Of a stretch of DNA of 64,000 nt, positions 54,028-64,000 are shown piece by piece. The DNA is taken from positions 74,733-138,732 of the forward strand of contig JAFYNM010000008.1 in NCBI GenBank assembly GCA_017549765.1, given 5' to 3'. The notes below the pieces were generated by a model. The model was not told where the DNA came from. It searched no databases and worked only from the letters and a program-made list of their open reading frames with translations. The stretch's first letter is position 1. Each line of letters opens with the position of its first letter. The translations under genes were made by a program, and so were the position numbers. This stretch comes from Bacteroidales bacterium. GTDB lineage: Bacteria; Bacteroidota; Bacteroidia; Bacteroidales; WCHB1-69.

Positions 54028-56121
54028 CTATAATAAAAATCTACCTTCATTTACGATATACTCTTTGATGTCAGCGGGGACTTCGGTATAAGCCAGGAAC
54101 TCCATGCTGTAGGAGGCGCGGCCGGAAGAGATGGAACGCAGCGTGGTGACATAGCCGAACATTTCTGCTAACGGCACCTTGGCCTTGATGGTCTGGAAGC
54201 CGACTTTGGCATCGATGCTCTCGAGGATGGAACGTCTCCGGTTCAAGTCGCCGGTGACATTGCCGATATACTCGTCGGGCGTGTTGATTTCCACTTTCAT
54301 GATAGGCTCCAGGATGCGTGTCTCCGTTTCGCGGATGGCATCGCGGAAGCCAATCTTGGCACATACCTCGAAAGACATGGCGTCGGAATCCACGGGATGT
54401 GCCTCGCCGTCCAGCACTGTCGCTTTCATGCTCTCCAGCGGGAAACCCCACTTGCCATTGGTCATGGCCATCTGGAAACCTTTCTCCACACCCGGCATGT
54501 ACTCCTTCGGAATGGCTCCGTTGGATACCTTGTTGACGAACTGCAGACCGCGGGATTCGTCGTCTGTCGGCGCCAGTTCGAACTCGATCTTGGCGAAAGA
54601 GCCCTTGCCGCCAGTCTGACGTTTGTAAACGGCTACGTGATGCAACGGTTCGGAAAGAGCCTCCTTGTAGGTGACCCTCGGTTTGCCGTGGTTGCACTCG
54701 ATGCCGAACTCCCGTTTCAGACGGTCTAACAGAATCTCCAAGTGCAGCTCGCCCATGCCGCTGATGAGCAGTTGGCCGGTCTCCTCGCTCTGTGTGACCA
54801 CAAAGGTCGGGTCTTCGTCGGCCAGTTTCCCTAATGCCAGGATCAACTTCTCTTCGTCATCTTTCGTTTTGGGCTCGATGGCGATTTGGATGACCGGCTC
54901 GGGGAAGGTGATGTTCTCCAGAAGGATGGGGTGTCTGTCGTCGGTGAGACTATCGCCCGTGTGGATCTCCTTCATCCCGACCAGTGCCACGATGTTGCCT
55001 GCGGAGACACTCTCCAGCGGTTGCTGTTTGTTGGAGTGCATCTGCAGGATCTTGGCGGCACGCTCGCGTTTGCCTGTGGAGGCGTTGAACACGGTCTCGC
55101 CGGATTTCAACTCGCCGGAATAGACCTTGATGAAGGTCAACTTGCCCACGTAGGGGTCGGTGGCGATTTTGAAGGCCAAGGCTGCAAACGGCGCGTTCAC
55201 GTCCATGGGACGGCTCTCCTGCTCCTCGTTCTTGGGGTTGATGCCGGTGATGGCCGGCAGGTCCATGGGGGAGGGGAGATACAGCACAATGGCATCCAGC
55301 AACTTCTGAACACCTTTGTTCTTGAAGGAGGAACCGCAAAGCACTGGCTCGATCTGGCGTGCGATGGTGGCACTCCGGAGGGCGTCGATGATCTGCTGCT
55401 CGCTGATGCTGTCGGCATCTTCCAGATACTGCTCCATGAAGGCTTCGTCCAACTCGGAGAGGGTCTCCAAAATGTTGGTGCGGCACTGCTGGGCCTCCTC
55501 AGCCATGTCGGCGGGGATGGGTACCTCCTCGTAGGTGGCGCCCAGCGTGTCCTCTTCCCATTGGTAGGCCTTCATCTCGATGAGATCGACGACACCAATG
55601 AAACTGTTCTCAGCCCCGATAGGCAGCTGGATGGGCAGCGGATTGGCATGCAGCCGCTCCCGGATCTGCTTGACGACAGCCTGGAAATTGGCACCGGCAC
55701 GGTCCATCTTGTTGACGTAGCAGATGCGAGCCACATCGTACTTGTTGGCTTGATGCCAGACAGTCTCCGATTGTGCCTCCACACCGCCCACGGCACAGAA
55801 GATGGCCACCGCTCCGTCCAGAATGCGGAGGGAGCGCTCCACCTCGACGGTGAAGTCCACGTGCCCCGGCGTGTCAATGATGTTGACTTTGTAGTCATGC
55901 TGGTTGTGCTTCCAGAAGACAGTCGTGGCCGCACTCGTGATGGTGATGCCGCGCTCCTGCTCCTGGACCATCCAGTCCATGGTGGCTGTGCCCTCGTCAA
56001 CCTCTCCGATCTTGTAGTTCTTGCCCGTATAATAGAGAATGCGCTCCGTCGTCGTCGTCTTGCCGGCGTCGATGTGAGCCATAATCCCAATGTTGCGAAT
56101 ATGTTCCAACTCTTGTGACAT
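54028..56121 (-). CDS. fusA: Elongation factor G
   Basis: [34 protein letters not shown]. Confidence 0.96.
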   Translation of the reverse strand: MSQELEHIRNIGIMAHIDAGKTTTTERILYYTGKNYKIGEVDEGTATMDWMVQEQERGITITSAATTVFWKHNQHDYKVNIIDTPGHVDFTVEVERSLRILDGAVAIFCAVGGVEAQSETVWHQANKYDVARICYVNKMDRAGANFQAVVKQIRERLHANPLPIQLPIGAENSFIGVVDLIEMKAYQWEEDTLGATYEEVPIPADMAEEAQQCRTNILETLSELDEAFMEQYLEDADSISEQQIIDALRSATIARQIEPVLCGSSFKNKGVQKLLDAIVLYLPSPMDLPAITGINPKNEEQESRPMDVNAPFAALAFKIATDPYVGKLTFIKVYSGELKSGETVFNASTGKRERAAKILQMHSNKQQPLESVSAGNIVALVGMKEIHTGDSLTDDRHPILLENITFPEPVIQIAIEPKTKDDEEKLILALGKLADEDPTFVVTQSEETGQLLISGMGELHLEILLDRLKREFGIECNHGKPRVTYKEALSEPLHHVAVYKRQTGGKGSFAKIEFELAPTDDESRGLQFVNKVSNGAIPKEYMPGVEKGFQMAMTNGKWGFPLESMKATVLDGEAHPVDSDAMSFEVCAKIGFRDAIRETETRILEPIMKVEINTPDEYIGNVTGDLNRRRSILESIDAKVGFQTIKAKVPLAEMFGYVTTLRSISSGRASYSMEFLAYTEVPADIKEYIVNEGRFLL

Positions 56122-56169
56122 GATGCTTCTCTGAAATACGGTCGTAAATGAAAGGCAGAGATGGGATGA

Positions 56170-56637
56170 TTACATGCGCATGTGAGCGAATGCCTTGTTG
56201 GCTTCTGCCATTCTGTGGATTTCCTCTTTCTTCTTGAAAGCGGCACCCTCGCTCTTGTAAGCTGCCATGATCTCCTGGGCCAACTTGTCGGCCATGGTCT
56301 GCTCGTGACGCTTGCGTGCGAAGGATATTAAGTTCTTCATACCTACTGATTGTTTTCTGCCCGGCTTGATTTCCTCAGGGACAGGCAACGTGGTACCACC
56401 GACGCGCTTGCTCTTTACCTCTACGCTGGGAGTGACGTTCTCCAAGGCTTTTTTCCAAACCTCAAGACCGTTCTCTTTGGTCTTCTCCTCTACAATGTCG
56501 ATGGCTTTGTAGAAGATCTCGAATGCGAGATTCTTCTTTCCCTTCAACATAATGTTGTTTACGAACTTCGTTACTTGTTCGTCATTGAATTTCGGATCCG
56601 GAAGAATGATCCTTTTCTTTGCATGTGAATTTCTCAT
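56170..56637 (-). CDS. rpsG: 30S ribosomal protein S7
   Basis: [22 protein letters not shown]. Confidence 0.97.
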   Translation of the reverse strand: MRNSHAKKRIILPDPKFNDEQVTKFVNNIMLKGKKNLAFEIFYKAIDIVEEKTKENGLEVWKKALENVTPSVEVKSKRVGGTTLPVPEEIKPGRKQSVGMKNLISFARKRHEQTMADKLAQEIMAAYKSEGAAFKKKEEIHRMAEANKAFAHMRM

Positions 56638-56715
56638 AACTTTGTATCTTCAATAATGATTATTTACTCTTGAATCACCAATCACGGCGTTCAATTTACT
56701 GACTTTGGCGCCTGT

Positions 56716-57096
56716 TTATTTAGCGGCTTTGGGTTTCTTGGCACCATATTTGGAACGACCCTGGTGACGTCCGTCAACACCTGCGGAGTCCAATGCACCG
56801 CGCACGACGTGATATCTTACACCAGGAAGGTCTTTAACACGGCCTCCGCGTACCAACACGATGCTGTGCTCTTGCAAGTTGTGACCTTCACCTCCGATGT
56901 AGGCGTTCACTTCCTTACCATTGGTCATTCTTACTCTCGCCACCTTACGCATGGCTGAATTCGGTTTCTTCGGGGTCGTAGTGTAAACCCTCAAACAAAC
57001 GCCGCGACGTTGCGGACAGGCATCCAATGCCTTGGACTTACTTTGTGAAGTAAGCTTCTTTCTTCCTTTTCTTACTAATTGTTGAATAGTAGGCAT
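56716..57096 (-). CDS. rpsL: 30S ribosomal protein S12
   Basis: [18 protein letters not shown]. Confidence 0.99.
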   Translation of the reverse strand: MPTIQQLVRKGRKKLTSQSKSKALDACPQRRGVCLRVYTTTPKKPNSAMRKVARVRMTNGKEVNAYIGGEGHNLQEHSIVLVRGGRVKDLPGVRYHVVRGALDSAGVDGRHQGRSKYGAKKPKAAK

Positions 57097-57156
57097 ACAA
57101 TTTTTATTTGTTAAACTTTTAATTTAGATTGATTTATACCCAATTTTTTGGGCCTG

Positions 57157-57164
57157 CAAAAATA
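57157..57164 (-). promoter_or_regulatory. -7 promoter element for the str operon
   Basis: TATTTTTG about 60 nt upstream of rpsL. Confidence 0.6.
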
Positions 57165-57286
57165 CACTTTTTTCCATTCAATGACACATCCGTCCCCATT
57201 TTTTTTGCACTGTATTATAAAAGCCGCTCTTTCCAACGGAGGAGCGGTTTTCAATGGTGCCTGCGAGATAGGTGTCAACACTCAAT

Positions 57287-57311
57287 AAAAAAGGTGACCG
57301 AAATGGTCACC
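57287..57311 (-). terminator. Terminator after the ECF sigma cluster
   Basis: GGTGACC-GAAAT-GGTCACC with an A-run. A second hairpin lies at about 57219-57251. Confidence 0.7.
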
Positions 57312-57322
57312 CTGATTTTTGT

Positions 57323-57844
57323 TTATCTCTTGCCCTTACTTTGCGTAGCTGTGTTCACATCTTTGGAGGCTGGCTGCGTGGTGGCGGCAGACTTGGTCTT
57401 CTGAGCTACCGCATTGCGCTTGTATTGCTCGTCAAAGGTGTAGAAGTCGAACAGATGGCGGGGAGAGAGGATGGCCTTGATCTTTTTGTAGAAGTTGGCG
57501 TCCAGTGTGTTCAGGTTCCTCTTGAGTTCCATCTTCTGGTCCATCATATAGGCGATCTGGTCGGAGGAGAGAAGCTCGATGCTCTCTTTGTTGCGCGGAT
57601 CGTATTTGATTTTCTTGCTCTCCAGATTCTTCTTGAAAGTCTCATGATAGGTCATCTCGCTATGCAGGTACTTGTCATATTCTGCCCAGAAGGACTTGGC
57701 CTCAGTCTGGTTCAACTTCAGATGCTCTTTCATATAGGAGATTCGGTCCTGGATTTTCTTTTCGACGTCGGTGCTGGTGCTTTGTGCGCTTAGGATGAAT
57801 GCGCCACAAACAATCATGGTGAGGGTTAAGATAATCTTTTTCAT
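57323..57844 (-). CDS. Exported helical protein (Spy/CpxP-like), accessory to the ECF sigma
   Basis: Signal peptide, LKLNQTEAKSFWAEY, ILSP. Confidence 0.65.
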   Translation of the reverse strand: MKKIILTLTMIVCGAFILSAQSTSTDVEKKIQDRISYMKEHLKLNQTEAKSFWAEYDKYLHSEMTYHETFKKNLESKKIKYDPRNKESIELLSSDQIAYMMDQKMELKRNLNTLDANFYKKIKAILSPRHLFDFYTFDEQYKRNAVAQKTKSAATTQPASKDVNTATQSKGKR

Positions 57845-57856
57845 TGTAAGGTGGAT

Positions 57857-58168
57857 TTAAAAGTTATAATAATCGATCTCGGTCAGTTCAGCGCTGTAGT
57901 ACTCGATCAATTGGTCGTCCAGTTTGTTGGCCGTCTGCGGGGTCTCCACCAAGGTGCCTTGGTCTTTCTTGTCTTGGTTGCGGAGATTGATAAATAACAC
58001 TGAACAAATCATCACCAGACAAACCGCTGCAATGGAACTCATCCAGAGGTTTCTTCTTTTACGTTCTTCTTTGTGAATGGTGTCCATGACATTGTCGGTC
58101 AGGTGCTCGAAATATCCTTCCGGGATATTGTACCGCTCTTCTTTGCTAAGTTGATCTAAGTCTAACAT
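57857..58168 (-). CDS. Putative single-TM anti-sigma factor
   Basis: IPEGYFE motif and one TM segment. Directly downstream of the ECF sigma. Confidence 0.65.
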   Translation of the reverse strand: MLDLDQLSKEERYNIPEGYFEHLTDNVMDTIHKEERKRRNLWMSSIAAVCLVMICSVLFINLRNQDKKDQGTLVETPQTANKLDDQLIEYYSAELTEIDYYNF

Positions 58169-58211
58169 AATTTCTGAACTGAAAAAAAACAATTCTATGA
58201 CTATACAACCT

Positions 58212-58769
58212 TTAAAAAGTTAAATGCTCTGAAATATTTTTTTTGATTTTTTCCACAGCGAAATGGTAGGAGGCTTTGAGCGCACTCTCGGAGGTCCCGA
58301 AGATCTCGGCCATCTCGGCGTAGGGTGTCTCGTCGTAGTAACGCATGGTGAAGACGGCGCGCTGTTTGGGCGGGAGCTTGATGATGGATTCCTGAAGCAG
58401 ATTCTCAATCTCTGAAGGGGAGATGAAGTTGGTCTCCGCCTGGGTGACCACCATGAAGTCGGTGTAGCTGTCGTCGTTCAGGTTCAGCAGCTTTTTCTTC
58501 TTCTCTATGAAAGTCAGGGCCTCGTTGGTGCAGATGCGCGAAATCCAGGTCTTGAGGGCAGAATCGCCCCGGAAGTTGTCCAGGTTGCGCCAGATCTTCA
58601 GACAGACGTTCTGGGTGACGTCGTTGGCGTCTTCGTGGCTGACAACGATGCGGCGCGCGTTGTAGTAAATGAAACGCTGATACTTGTTGAGCAACAACTT
58701 GAAGGCCTCTTCTTTGGTCTTCTTGTTGGAAAACAACTGTAAAATATATTCGTCGGTAATAGTGGCCAT
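58212..58769 (-). CDS. ECF RNA polymerase sigma factor
   Basis: DANDVTQ, FRGDS..TWISRI, LPPKQRAVF..YAEMAE. Confidence 0.93.
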   Translation of the reverse strand: MATITDEYILQLFSNKKTKEEAFKLLLNKYQRFIYYNARRIVVSHEDANDVTQNVCLKIWRNLDNFRGDSALKTWISRICTNEALTFIEKKKKLLNLNDDSYTDFMVVTQAETNFISPSEIENLLQESIIKLPPKQRAVFTMRYYDETPYAEMAEIFGTSESALKASYHFAVEKIKKNISEHLTF

Positions 58770-58775
58770 TGTGGT

Positions 58776-59729
58776 TTATTTGCGTACAATAACTCTCTTG
58801 CAGGCCTCTTTGATGTGCTCTTCGTCAAGATGATATAAGGTCATCAGCTCTGAAGGCGTGCCACTCTCGCCGAACTTGTCATCCACGGAAACCATCTCCA
58901 CCGGGGTGGGCAGCTTCCGGCAAAGGAGCTGGCAGATGGAGTCGCCCAGACCACCGTTCATGAGATGTTCCTCGGCTACCACACAGCAGCGGGTCTTTCG
59001 GACGCTGTTCAGCACGGCCTCCTCGTCCAACGGCTTGATGGTGGCGATGTCGATGACTTCAGGGCTGAAGCCTTCCTCAGACAGGGTGTAGGCAGCTTGG
59101 AGTGCAGGATAAACCATGTGCCCCGTGGCAAAAATGGTCACGTCGGTGCCCTCGTTCATCGTGATGGCCTTGCCAATGACGAATGGCTGGTCTTCAGGGG
59201 TGAAGACAGGCACAGAAGGGCGTCCGAAACGGAGATACACCGGCCCATTGTATTCGGCGGCGGCAATCGTCGCCATCTTCGTCTGGTTGTAGTCGCACGG
59301 ATTGATGACCACCATGTTGGGAAGCATCTTCATCAACCCCAAATCCTCCATCATCTGATGGGTGGCGCCATCCTCGCCGACGGTCAAACCGGCATGGGAG
59401 GAACAAATCTTCACATTTAAGTTGGAGTAGGCTACCGCCATGCGGATCTGGTCGTAAACCCGGCCCGTCATGAAACCGGCAAAAGTGCTGGCGAAGGGTA
59501 CCTTCCCGCTTAACGCCAAACCGGCGGCAATGCCGACCATGTTGGCCTCCGCAATGCCCACTTGGATGAATCTGTCCGGGAACTCTGACTTGAATCCCCC
59601 CATCTTGACACTGCCTGTGACATCAGCCGTGAGCGCAAAAACATTGGGGTTCCGTTTGCCCGCTTCTACCAGACCGTCGCCGAATCCAGAACGGGTGTCT
59701 TTCTTTAAGGTGCTTTCTATTTTTTCCAT
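58776..59729 (-). CDS. Transketolase C-terminal subunit (split transketolase)
   Basis: GIAEANM, GEDGATHQ, GPVYLR, IKPLD, EEH. Confidence 0.92.
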   Translation of the reverse strand: MEKIESTLKKDTRSGFGDGLVEAGKRNPNVFALTADVTGSVKMGGFKSEFPDRFIQVGIAEANMVGIAAGLALSGKVPFASTFAGFMTGRVYDQIRMAVAYSNLNVKICSSHAGLTVGEDGATHQMMEDLGLMKMLPNMVVINPCDYNQTKMATIAAAEYNGPVYLRFGRPSVPVFTPEDQPFVIGKAITMNEGTDVTIFATGHMVYPALQAAYTLSEEGFSPEVIDIATIKPLDEEAVLNSVRKTRCCVVAEEHLMNGGLGDSICQLLCRKLPTPVEMVSVDDKFGESGTPSELMTLYHLDEEHIKEACKRVIVRK

Positions 59730-59834
59730 GCTGGTGATAGTTTGCTAAAAAAAGAAAATGCAAAAATACGAAAAATGATAAAAGCAAGTTATAAAAAAAA
59801 TTACTTTATTTGTATGTTCATTTTTTAAACGTGG

Positions 59835-62800
59835 ATGAAGACCTGTTTAAGACTGCTGCTTATATTATTATTGTATGCTCCAACGCTGTCGGCCCAGACC
59901 GGTAGCCCAGTCCGATTGTCTCACCACCTTGTGGACACGCTCTCCTTTTCCATTGATACGCTCTCTATTGTGCCGGGCTCTTTCCATCCCATAGGACTCG
60001 ATCCCGACAGCTACACCCTCGACCCGATTTCCGCCACCCTGAAACTGAAGGATTCCACCCTCCTGGGCAAGGTTATCTCTTATGAGTACCAAACCTATTC
60101 GATGGATTTTTCCAAACCATTATCTCACAAGTCTATCCAACTTTTGGAACAGGCCACACCTTATGTCGTCACAAATCCTGAATATCCCGCCCTTTCCCTT
60201 GAAAAGGAGGAGGACCGGACTCGCATGGTGAGCTCGGGGTCTATCTCCCGCGGTGTCTCGGTGGGCAATAGCCAAGATCTGGTGTTGAACTCTTCCTTAA
60301 ATCTCCAATTGTATGGAAATCTCACAGAAAATCTTCAACTACAGGCAGTTATATCGGATAAAAATATTCCAATACAACCAGAAGGCAACACACAGAATAT
60401 TCAAAATATTAATAATGTATATATAAAATTGTTGTACAAAGATCGTGCTACGGTAAGTGCTGGCGACATAGCACTTCCGGCTCCCAAAAGTCAATTTCTT
60501 TTCGCTACTGGTGATTTGCTGGGCATGGACGGCTCTGTCACTTCGATGTTTAAGGATAATATGGTGTTAACCAATAGGTTGGGTGGCGGTGTGGCCAAAG
60601 GGCGTTTTGTGCAACAGACCATCCAGCCCCAGAGCGGGGTGCAGGGACCCTACAAATTGATGGGTGAGTATGGCGAACTAGGCATCGTGATCATTGCCGG
60701 CTCCGAACGTGTCTATGTGGATGGAAAACTCCTTGTTCGCGGACAAGACCAGGACTATACGATAGACTATAACACGGCGGAACTGACCTTTACACCTGCC
60801 ATGTTGATGGCCCCGGAAAAACGTGTGGTGGTGGAGTTTGAATATGCCGACCGTCATTATGCCCGATACGACTTGTATTCCTATAATGATTTTCAAATCA
60901 ACCGGCATCATCTGCATGTGAACTTTTATCAATCCCAAGATCTGAAAAACCAATCGCTGCAACCGGAACTTTCAGATGCCCACAAACTCTTTCTCTCTCA
61001 GATGGGAGACCAGGATGCCGCCGCCTACCACATCTTTGAGACAGTACCTTTTGCGCAAGACCGCGTGCAATATGAGCGCCGCGACACGCTGGTGAACGGC
61101 CAACCCTATACGGGTATATATGTCTATACGACAGACCCCAGTGCAACAGTGTATGCGCCCACATTTACCTATGTGGGTGCCAATAAGGGATCCTATCGCT
61201 TGCAGTCTTCCACCACCAATGGTCGCGTCTTCGTCTGGGTGGCTCCCGAGAACGGGCACTTGCAAGGGGATTATGAGGCCGCAGTCCAGCTCACTACTCC
61301 CAAGATGGCTCAGATGCTGACGATTGCCTCGGAGAGCCAGTTGACCAAGCGTTTCTCTTTCTCTAACGAGTTGGCACTCTCTCATTATGACCAGAATCTG
61401 TTCTCCAAACTGGACGACAAGGATAATGTCGGCTTTGCCTATCATGCCTGTGCCAAGCATGTGCAGCCGTTGCAGAGGTTGCGTGACGATACAGCGACAT
61501 GGCGTCTGCAGTCGGAAATCGAATGGCAGTTTGTTCATCGGAATTTCCATGCCATAGAAAGATTCCGGGAGGTGGAGTTCGCCCGTGACTATAACTTGAC
61601 CAACCAGGACTCTGTTCCCCGCTCCGAGCAGATGTTGCATGCTTTGATATCCGTTCAAAAACCTGGAGTGAGCACGACATCCTACTCCCTGAACTGGTTT
61701 TCCCGACTGAAGGAGATGTACGCCCTCCGGCATGTGCTGTTTTCCCGTCAGCAATGGAAGGGCTTCCTGTTCGACACCAAGACCTCCTTCCTTCATTCGA
61801 ACGACGCCCTACAACGCACCCGCTACTGGACATCCAGCAACCAACTCTCCTATTCTTTCAAACCGATCGAGATTGGGGTGCGCCATCTGTTGGAACATAA
61901 TCTGTTCCAGGATGCATTGACCGATACTTTGCGATCTAACAGCTTTTCTTTCAATGAGTTTGAGATCTACTTCAAGAACAGCGCTCAACAGACCAAGTAT
62001 CATTATCTGCTTGCCTATAAAAATAGGGTGGAGTGGTCTCCCGACACCTCCGGCCTACGGCAGCATCTCGCTATCCATGAGGCACGAACCTCTTTTGGAA
62101 TACATCACTGGAGGAACCATCAGCTCTCTATCCAAGGAACCTACAGAAACCAAAGGCTGGTGGAGAGCATGAATGCGGCAGAGCACTATTTCGTGGGAAG
62201 TGCAGAATATACGGGTCGTATCTGGAAGAAGGCCATTGTGCTCCAGACCTATTATGAAGTCGGGAGCGGCATGGAACAACAGAAAGTCTTCACTTTCCTG
62301 AAGGTGGCACCCGGACAGGGCACGCACGTGTGGAACGACTATAATGGGAACGGCATAGAGGAATTGGAGGAGTTCGAGGTGGCGGCATTCCAGTATGAAG
62401 CTGATTATGTCAAGGTGTTCCTCGCCAGCAACGACTATATCAATACGTTCAACAATCAGTTGACGCAAAGCGTGCAGTTCCGTCCTGCCAACCTGTGGAG
62501 TCAGCCTCTCGGGTTCCGCAAGTTCCTTTCCCGTTTTTCAGATGTGATGATGATCCGTTCCCAAATGAAGAACCTGCTCCCCAATATGAATCCTTTCCAT
62601 CGGAATATGGAGGACACCAATGTGGTGAACCGCAATATGGTCCTGAACAACACGCTCTCCTTCAACAACAGCTCCTCGAAGTTCGCCTTTGACTTTATCG
62701 TACAGGAGAGCCAGCAGAAGAATCTGCTTTATTATGGCTTTGAACGGTCGAATGTCAGTCTTCAACATGTGGTCCTGAAGAGCGCGCCGGTGCGTTTTCT

Positions 62801-63272
62801 TCGGTTGCAGGTAGGATATCTCCATCAAGAGACAGTCAACCAATCGGAGTCTATGACTTCCCGTTGTTATCAGATCCTTCACCATCAGACGGAATCTCGC
62901 GTGATGTTTCAACATCGCAATATCCTGACCCTTACGGCCGACTATATCTGGATGTGGAAACATGAGGCGAAGACGGAGTCCATGATGCGCGCGCACAAAG
63001 CGTCGCTGACTGCCGATGTCAGGATGGCCAAGTATGGCGTGCTCACAGGGAGTGTCCAATATGTGCTTATGGGAGGCTCGGTGCCGGCCAACTCCTCTAT
63101 TTCCTATGTGATGCTGGAGGGCCTCTCCATAGGCCAGAACGCCCTGTGGGAGCTTAGATACCAGCTTTCGCTGAATAACTATCTGCAACTTGCCTTCTAC
63201 TATGAGGGACGCTATTCCCAGGGACATCGGGTTGTCCATACCGGAAATGTGACGGTCAAGGCTCAATTTTAA
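59835..63272 (+). CDS. Large conserved Bacteroidota outer-membrane protein
   Basis: Signal peptide, SRGVSVGN, PIQPEGNT, GSERVYVDG...DYTIDYN, terminal VKAQF. Confidence 0.75.
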   Translation: MKTCLRLLLILLLYAPTLSAQTGSPVRLSHHLVDTLSFSIDTLSIVPGSFHPIGLDPDSYTLDPISATLKLKDSTLLGKVISYEYQTYSMDFSKPLSHKSIQLLEQATPYVVTNPEYPALSLEKEEDRTRMVSSGSISRGVSVGNSQDLVLNSSLNLQLYGNLTENLQLQAVISDKNIPIQPEGNTQNIQNINNVYIKLLYKDRATVSAGDIALPAPKSQFLFATGDLLGMDGSVTSMFKDNMVLTNRLGGGVAKGRFVQQTIQPQSGVQGPYKLMGEYGELGIVIIAGSERVYVDGKLLVRGQDQDYTIDYNTAELTFTPAMLMAPEKRVVVEFEYADRHYARYDLYSYNDFQINRHHLHVNFYQSQDLKNQSLQPELSDAHKLFLSQMGDQDAAAYHIFETVPFAQDRVQYERRDTLVNGQPYTGIYVYTTDPSATVYAPTFTYVGANKGSYRLQSSTTNGRVFVWVAPENGHLQGDYEAAVQLTTPKMAQMLTIASESQLTKRFSFSNELALSHYDQNLFSKLDDKDNVGFAYHACAKHVQPLQRLRDDTATWRLQSEIEWQFVHRNFHAIERFREVEFARDYNLTNQDSVPRSEQMLHALISVQKPGVSTTSYSLNWFSRLKEMYALRHVLFSRQQWKGFLFDTKTSFLHSNDALQRTRYWTSSNQLSYSFKPIEIGVRHLLEHNLFQDALTDTLRSNSFSFNEFEIYFKNSAQQTKYHYLLAYKNRVEWSPDTSGLRQHLAIHEARTSFGIHHWRNHQLSIQGTYRNQRLVESMNAAEHYFVGSAEYTGRIWKKAIVLQTYYEVGSGMEQQKVFTFLKVAPGQGTHVWNDYNGNGIEELEEFEVAAFQYEADYVKVFLASNDYINTFNNQLTQSVQFRPANLWSQPLGFRKFLSRFSDVMMIRSQMKNLLPNMNPFHRNMEDTNVVNRNMVLNNTLSFNNSSSKFAFDFIVQESQQKNLLYYGFERSNVSLQHVVLKSAPVRFLRLQVGYLHQETVNQSESMTSRCYQILHHQTESRVMFQHRNILTLTADYIWMWKHEAKTESMMRAHKASLTADVRMAKYGVLTGSVQYVLMGGSVPANSSISYVMLEGLSIGQNALWELRYQLSLNNYLQLAFYYEGRYSQGHRVVHTGNVTVKAQF

Positions 63273-63594
63273 CCCTCGACCTTTTTTTCTCTCATTGCCG
63301 GTCTCTGAAATTCCTTTTTTTTTGAGCCGAAGAAAATTTTTTTATAATCAACTTATTATCAACATGTTGAATATTTTTATCCATTCAACTGGTATTTTTT
63401 TTTTATCAAGTGTTTGAAACAAAAAAAAATGTTGTATTTTTGTCGCTTAAAATTCTAAAAGTGAGTTATAGTATGTAACTTTTTTTGAGGATTGTAGTAT
63501 AACACTATTCCATAACGTATGGAAAAACAATTCTTGAAATTGCATAACAAACTGGCTTTTAGGCAGTTGTGTGGTAAATTAAAAGAATTATATA

Positions 63595-64000
63595 ATGAAT
63601 ATTAGGATCATTAAAATCGGTATTTTGGCATTGTTTATGATGTCTTTTGCTGTGAAAAGTTTTGCGCAGGATGATGTGCAATTTACGCTTTTTCCGTGGG
63701 CAACATCCTATTATAACGCGGGTGGTATCGGTGAGCAGAACAACACGCTTTGTTTTACCGCTATCTATGGAAGCAAATATACCGGTTGGAATGATGTTTA
63801 TTATGATGAAAATGGTGTGGAGCATAAGGACAAGACAGCTCCGCAGGATTTTCTTTTCAATTTAGAGTCTTATCTTAAAAAGTTACATGGCTCTTTAGGC
63901 CTCTCCCTCGTTAGTGATCGTATTGGTTACTATCAGAATATCGGGGTGAAGTTAGGCTATTCGTACAAGTTGAGAGTCGGTGGTGGACACCTTGGCATTG
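63595..64000 (+). CDS. PorP/SprF-family type IX secretion membrane protein (3' end outside window)
   Basis: My translation: MNIRIIK...FAQDDVQFT..YYNAG...APQ...GLSLVSDRIG...GYSYKL. Promoter TATTTTTG at 63435-63442. Confidence 0.75.
   Translation, partial: MNIRIIKIGILALFMMSFAVKSFAQDDVQFTLFPWATSYYNAGGIGEQNNTLCFTAIYGSKYTGWNDVYYDENGVEHKDKTAPQDFLFNLESYLKKLHGSLGLSLVSDRIGYYQNIGVKLGYSYKLRVGGGHLGI

Noticed and set aside
58776-59729. Truncated transketolase pseudogene
   Set aside because: Split N- and C-terminal transketolase genes are normal in Bacteroidota. The ORF is intact and has its own promoter element.
63559-63865. Two short ORFs from the supplied track
   Set aside because: They overlap the porP-like frame that starts at 63595 and runs off the window.

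Overview
Chromosomal segment of a Bacteroidota (probably Bacteroidales) genome. The assignment rests on the many TAnnTTTG promoter elements, the rpsL-rpsG-fusA-rpsJ layout, DUF4270/DUF4295/DUF1573-type genes and a porP homologue. Bases 1-11.2 kb are a type I restriction-modification defence locus: hsdM (5' truncated), an AlbA_2/RecG-C/wHTH gene, hsdS, an AT-rich Ser/Thr kinase + TPR gene pair, a Fic-like remnant fused to a REP doublet, hsdR and an M48 peptidase. Short heptamer arrays sit at most of its gene junctions. The rest is mostly housekeeping: rplC-rplD-rplW-rplB-rpsS, TetR plus an RND pump, M13 peptidase-arcC-OTCase, tamB/tsaD, apbE, a DUF5674 pair, rnr, a large TPR protein, mpl, hflX, glmS, tRNA-Leu(GAG), uvrC, rpmG, obgE, the str genes with rpsJ, an ECF sigma cluster and the start of porP. 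The best candidates for new biology are (1) the kinase-TPR cassette between hsdS and hsdR, a possible RM-associated defence or abortive-infection module, (2) the broken-up S10 ribosomal super-operon and (3) the DUF5674 two-gene cassette. All family assignments come from recognising motifs by eye; no searches were run.
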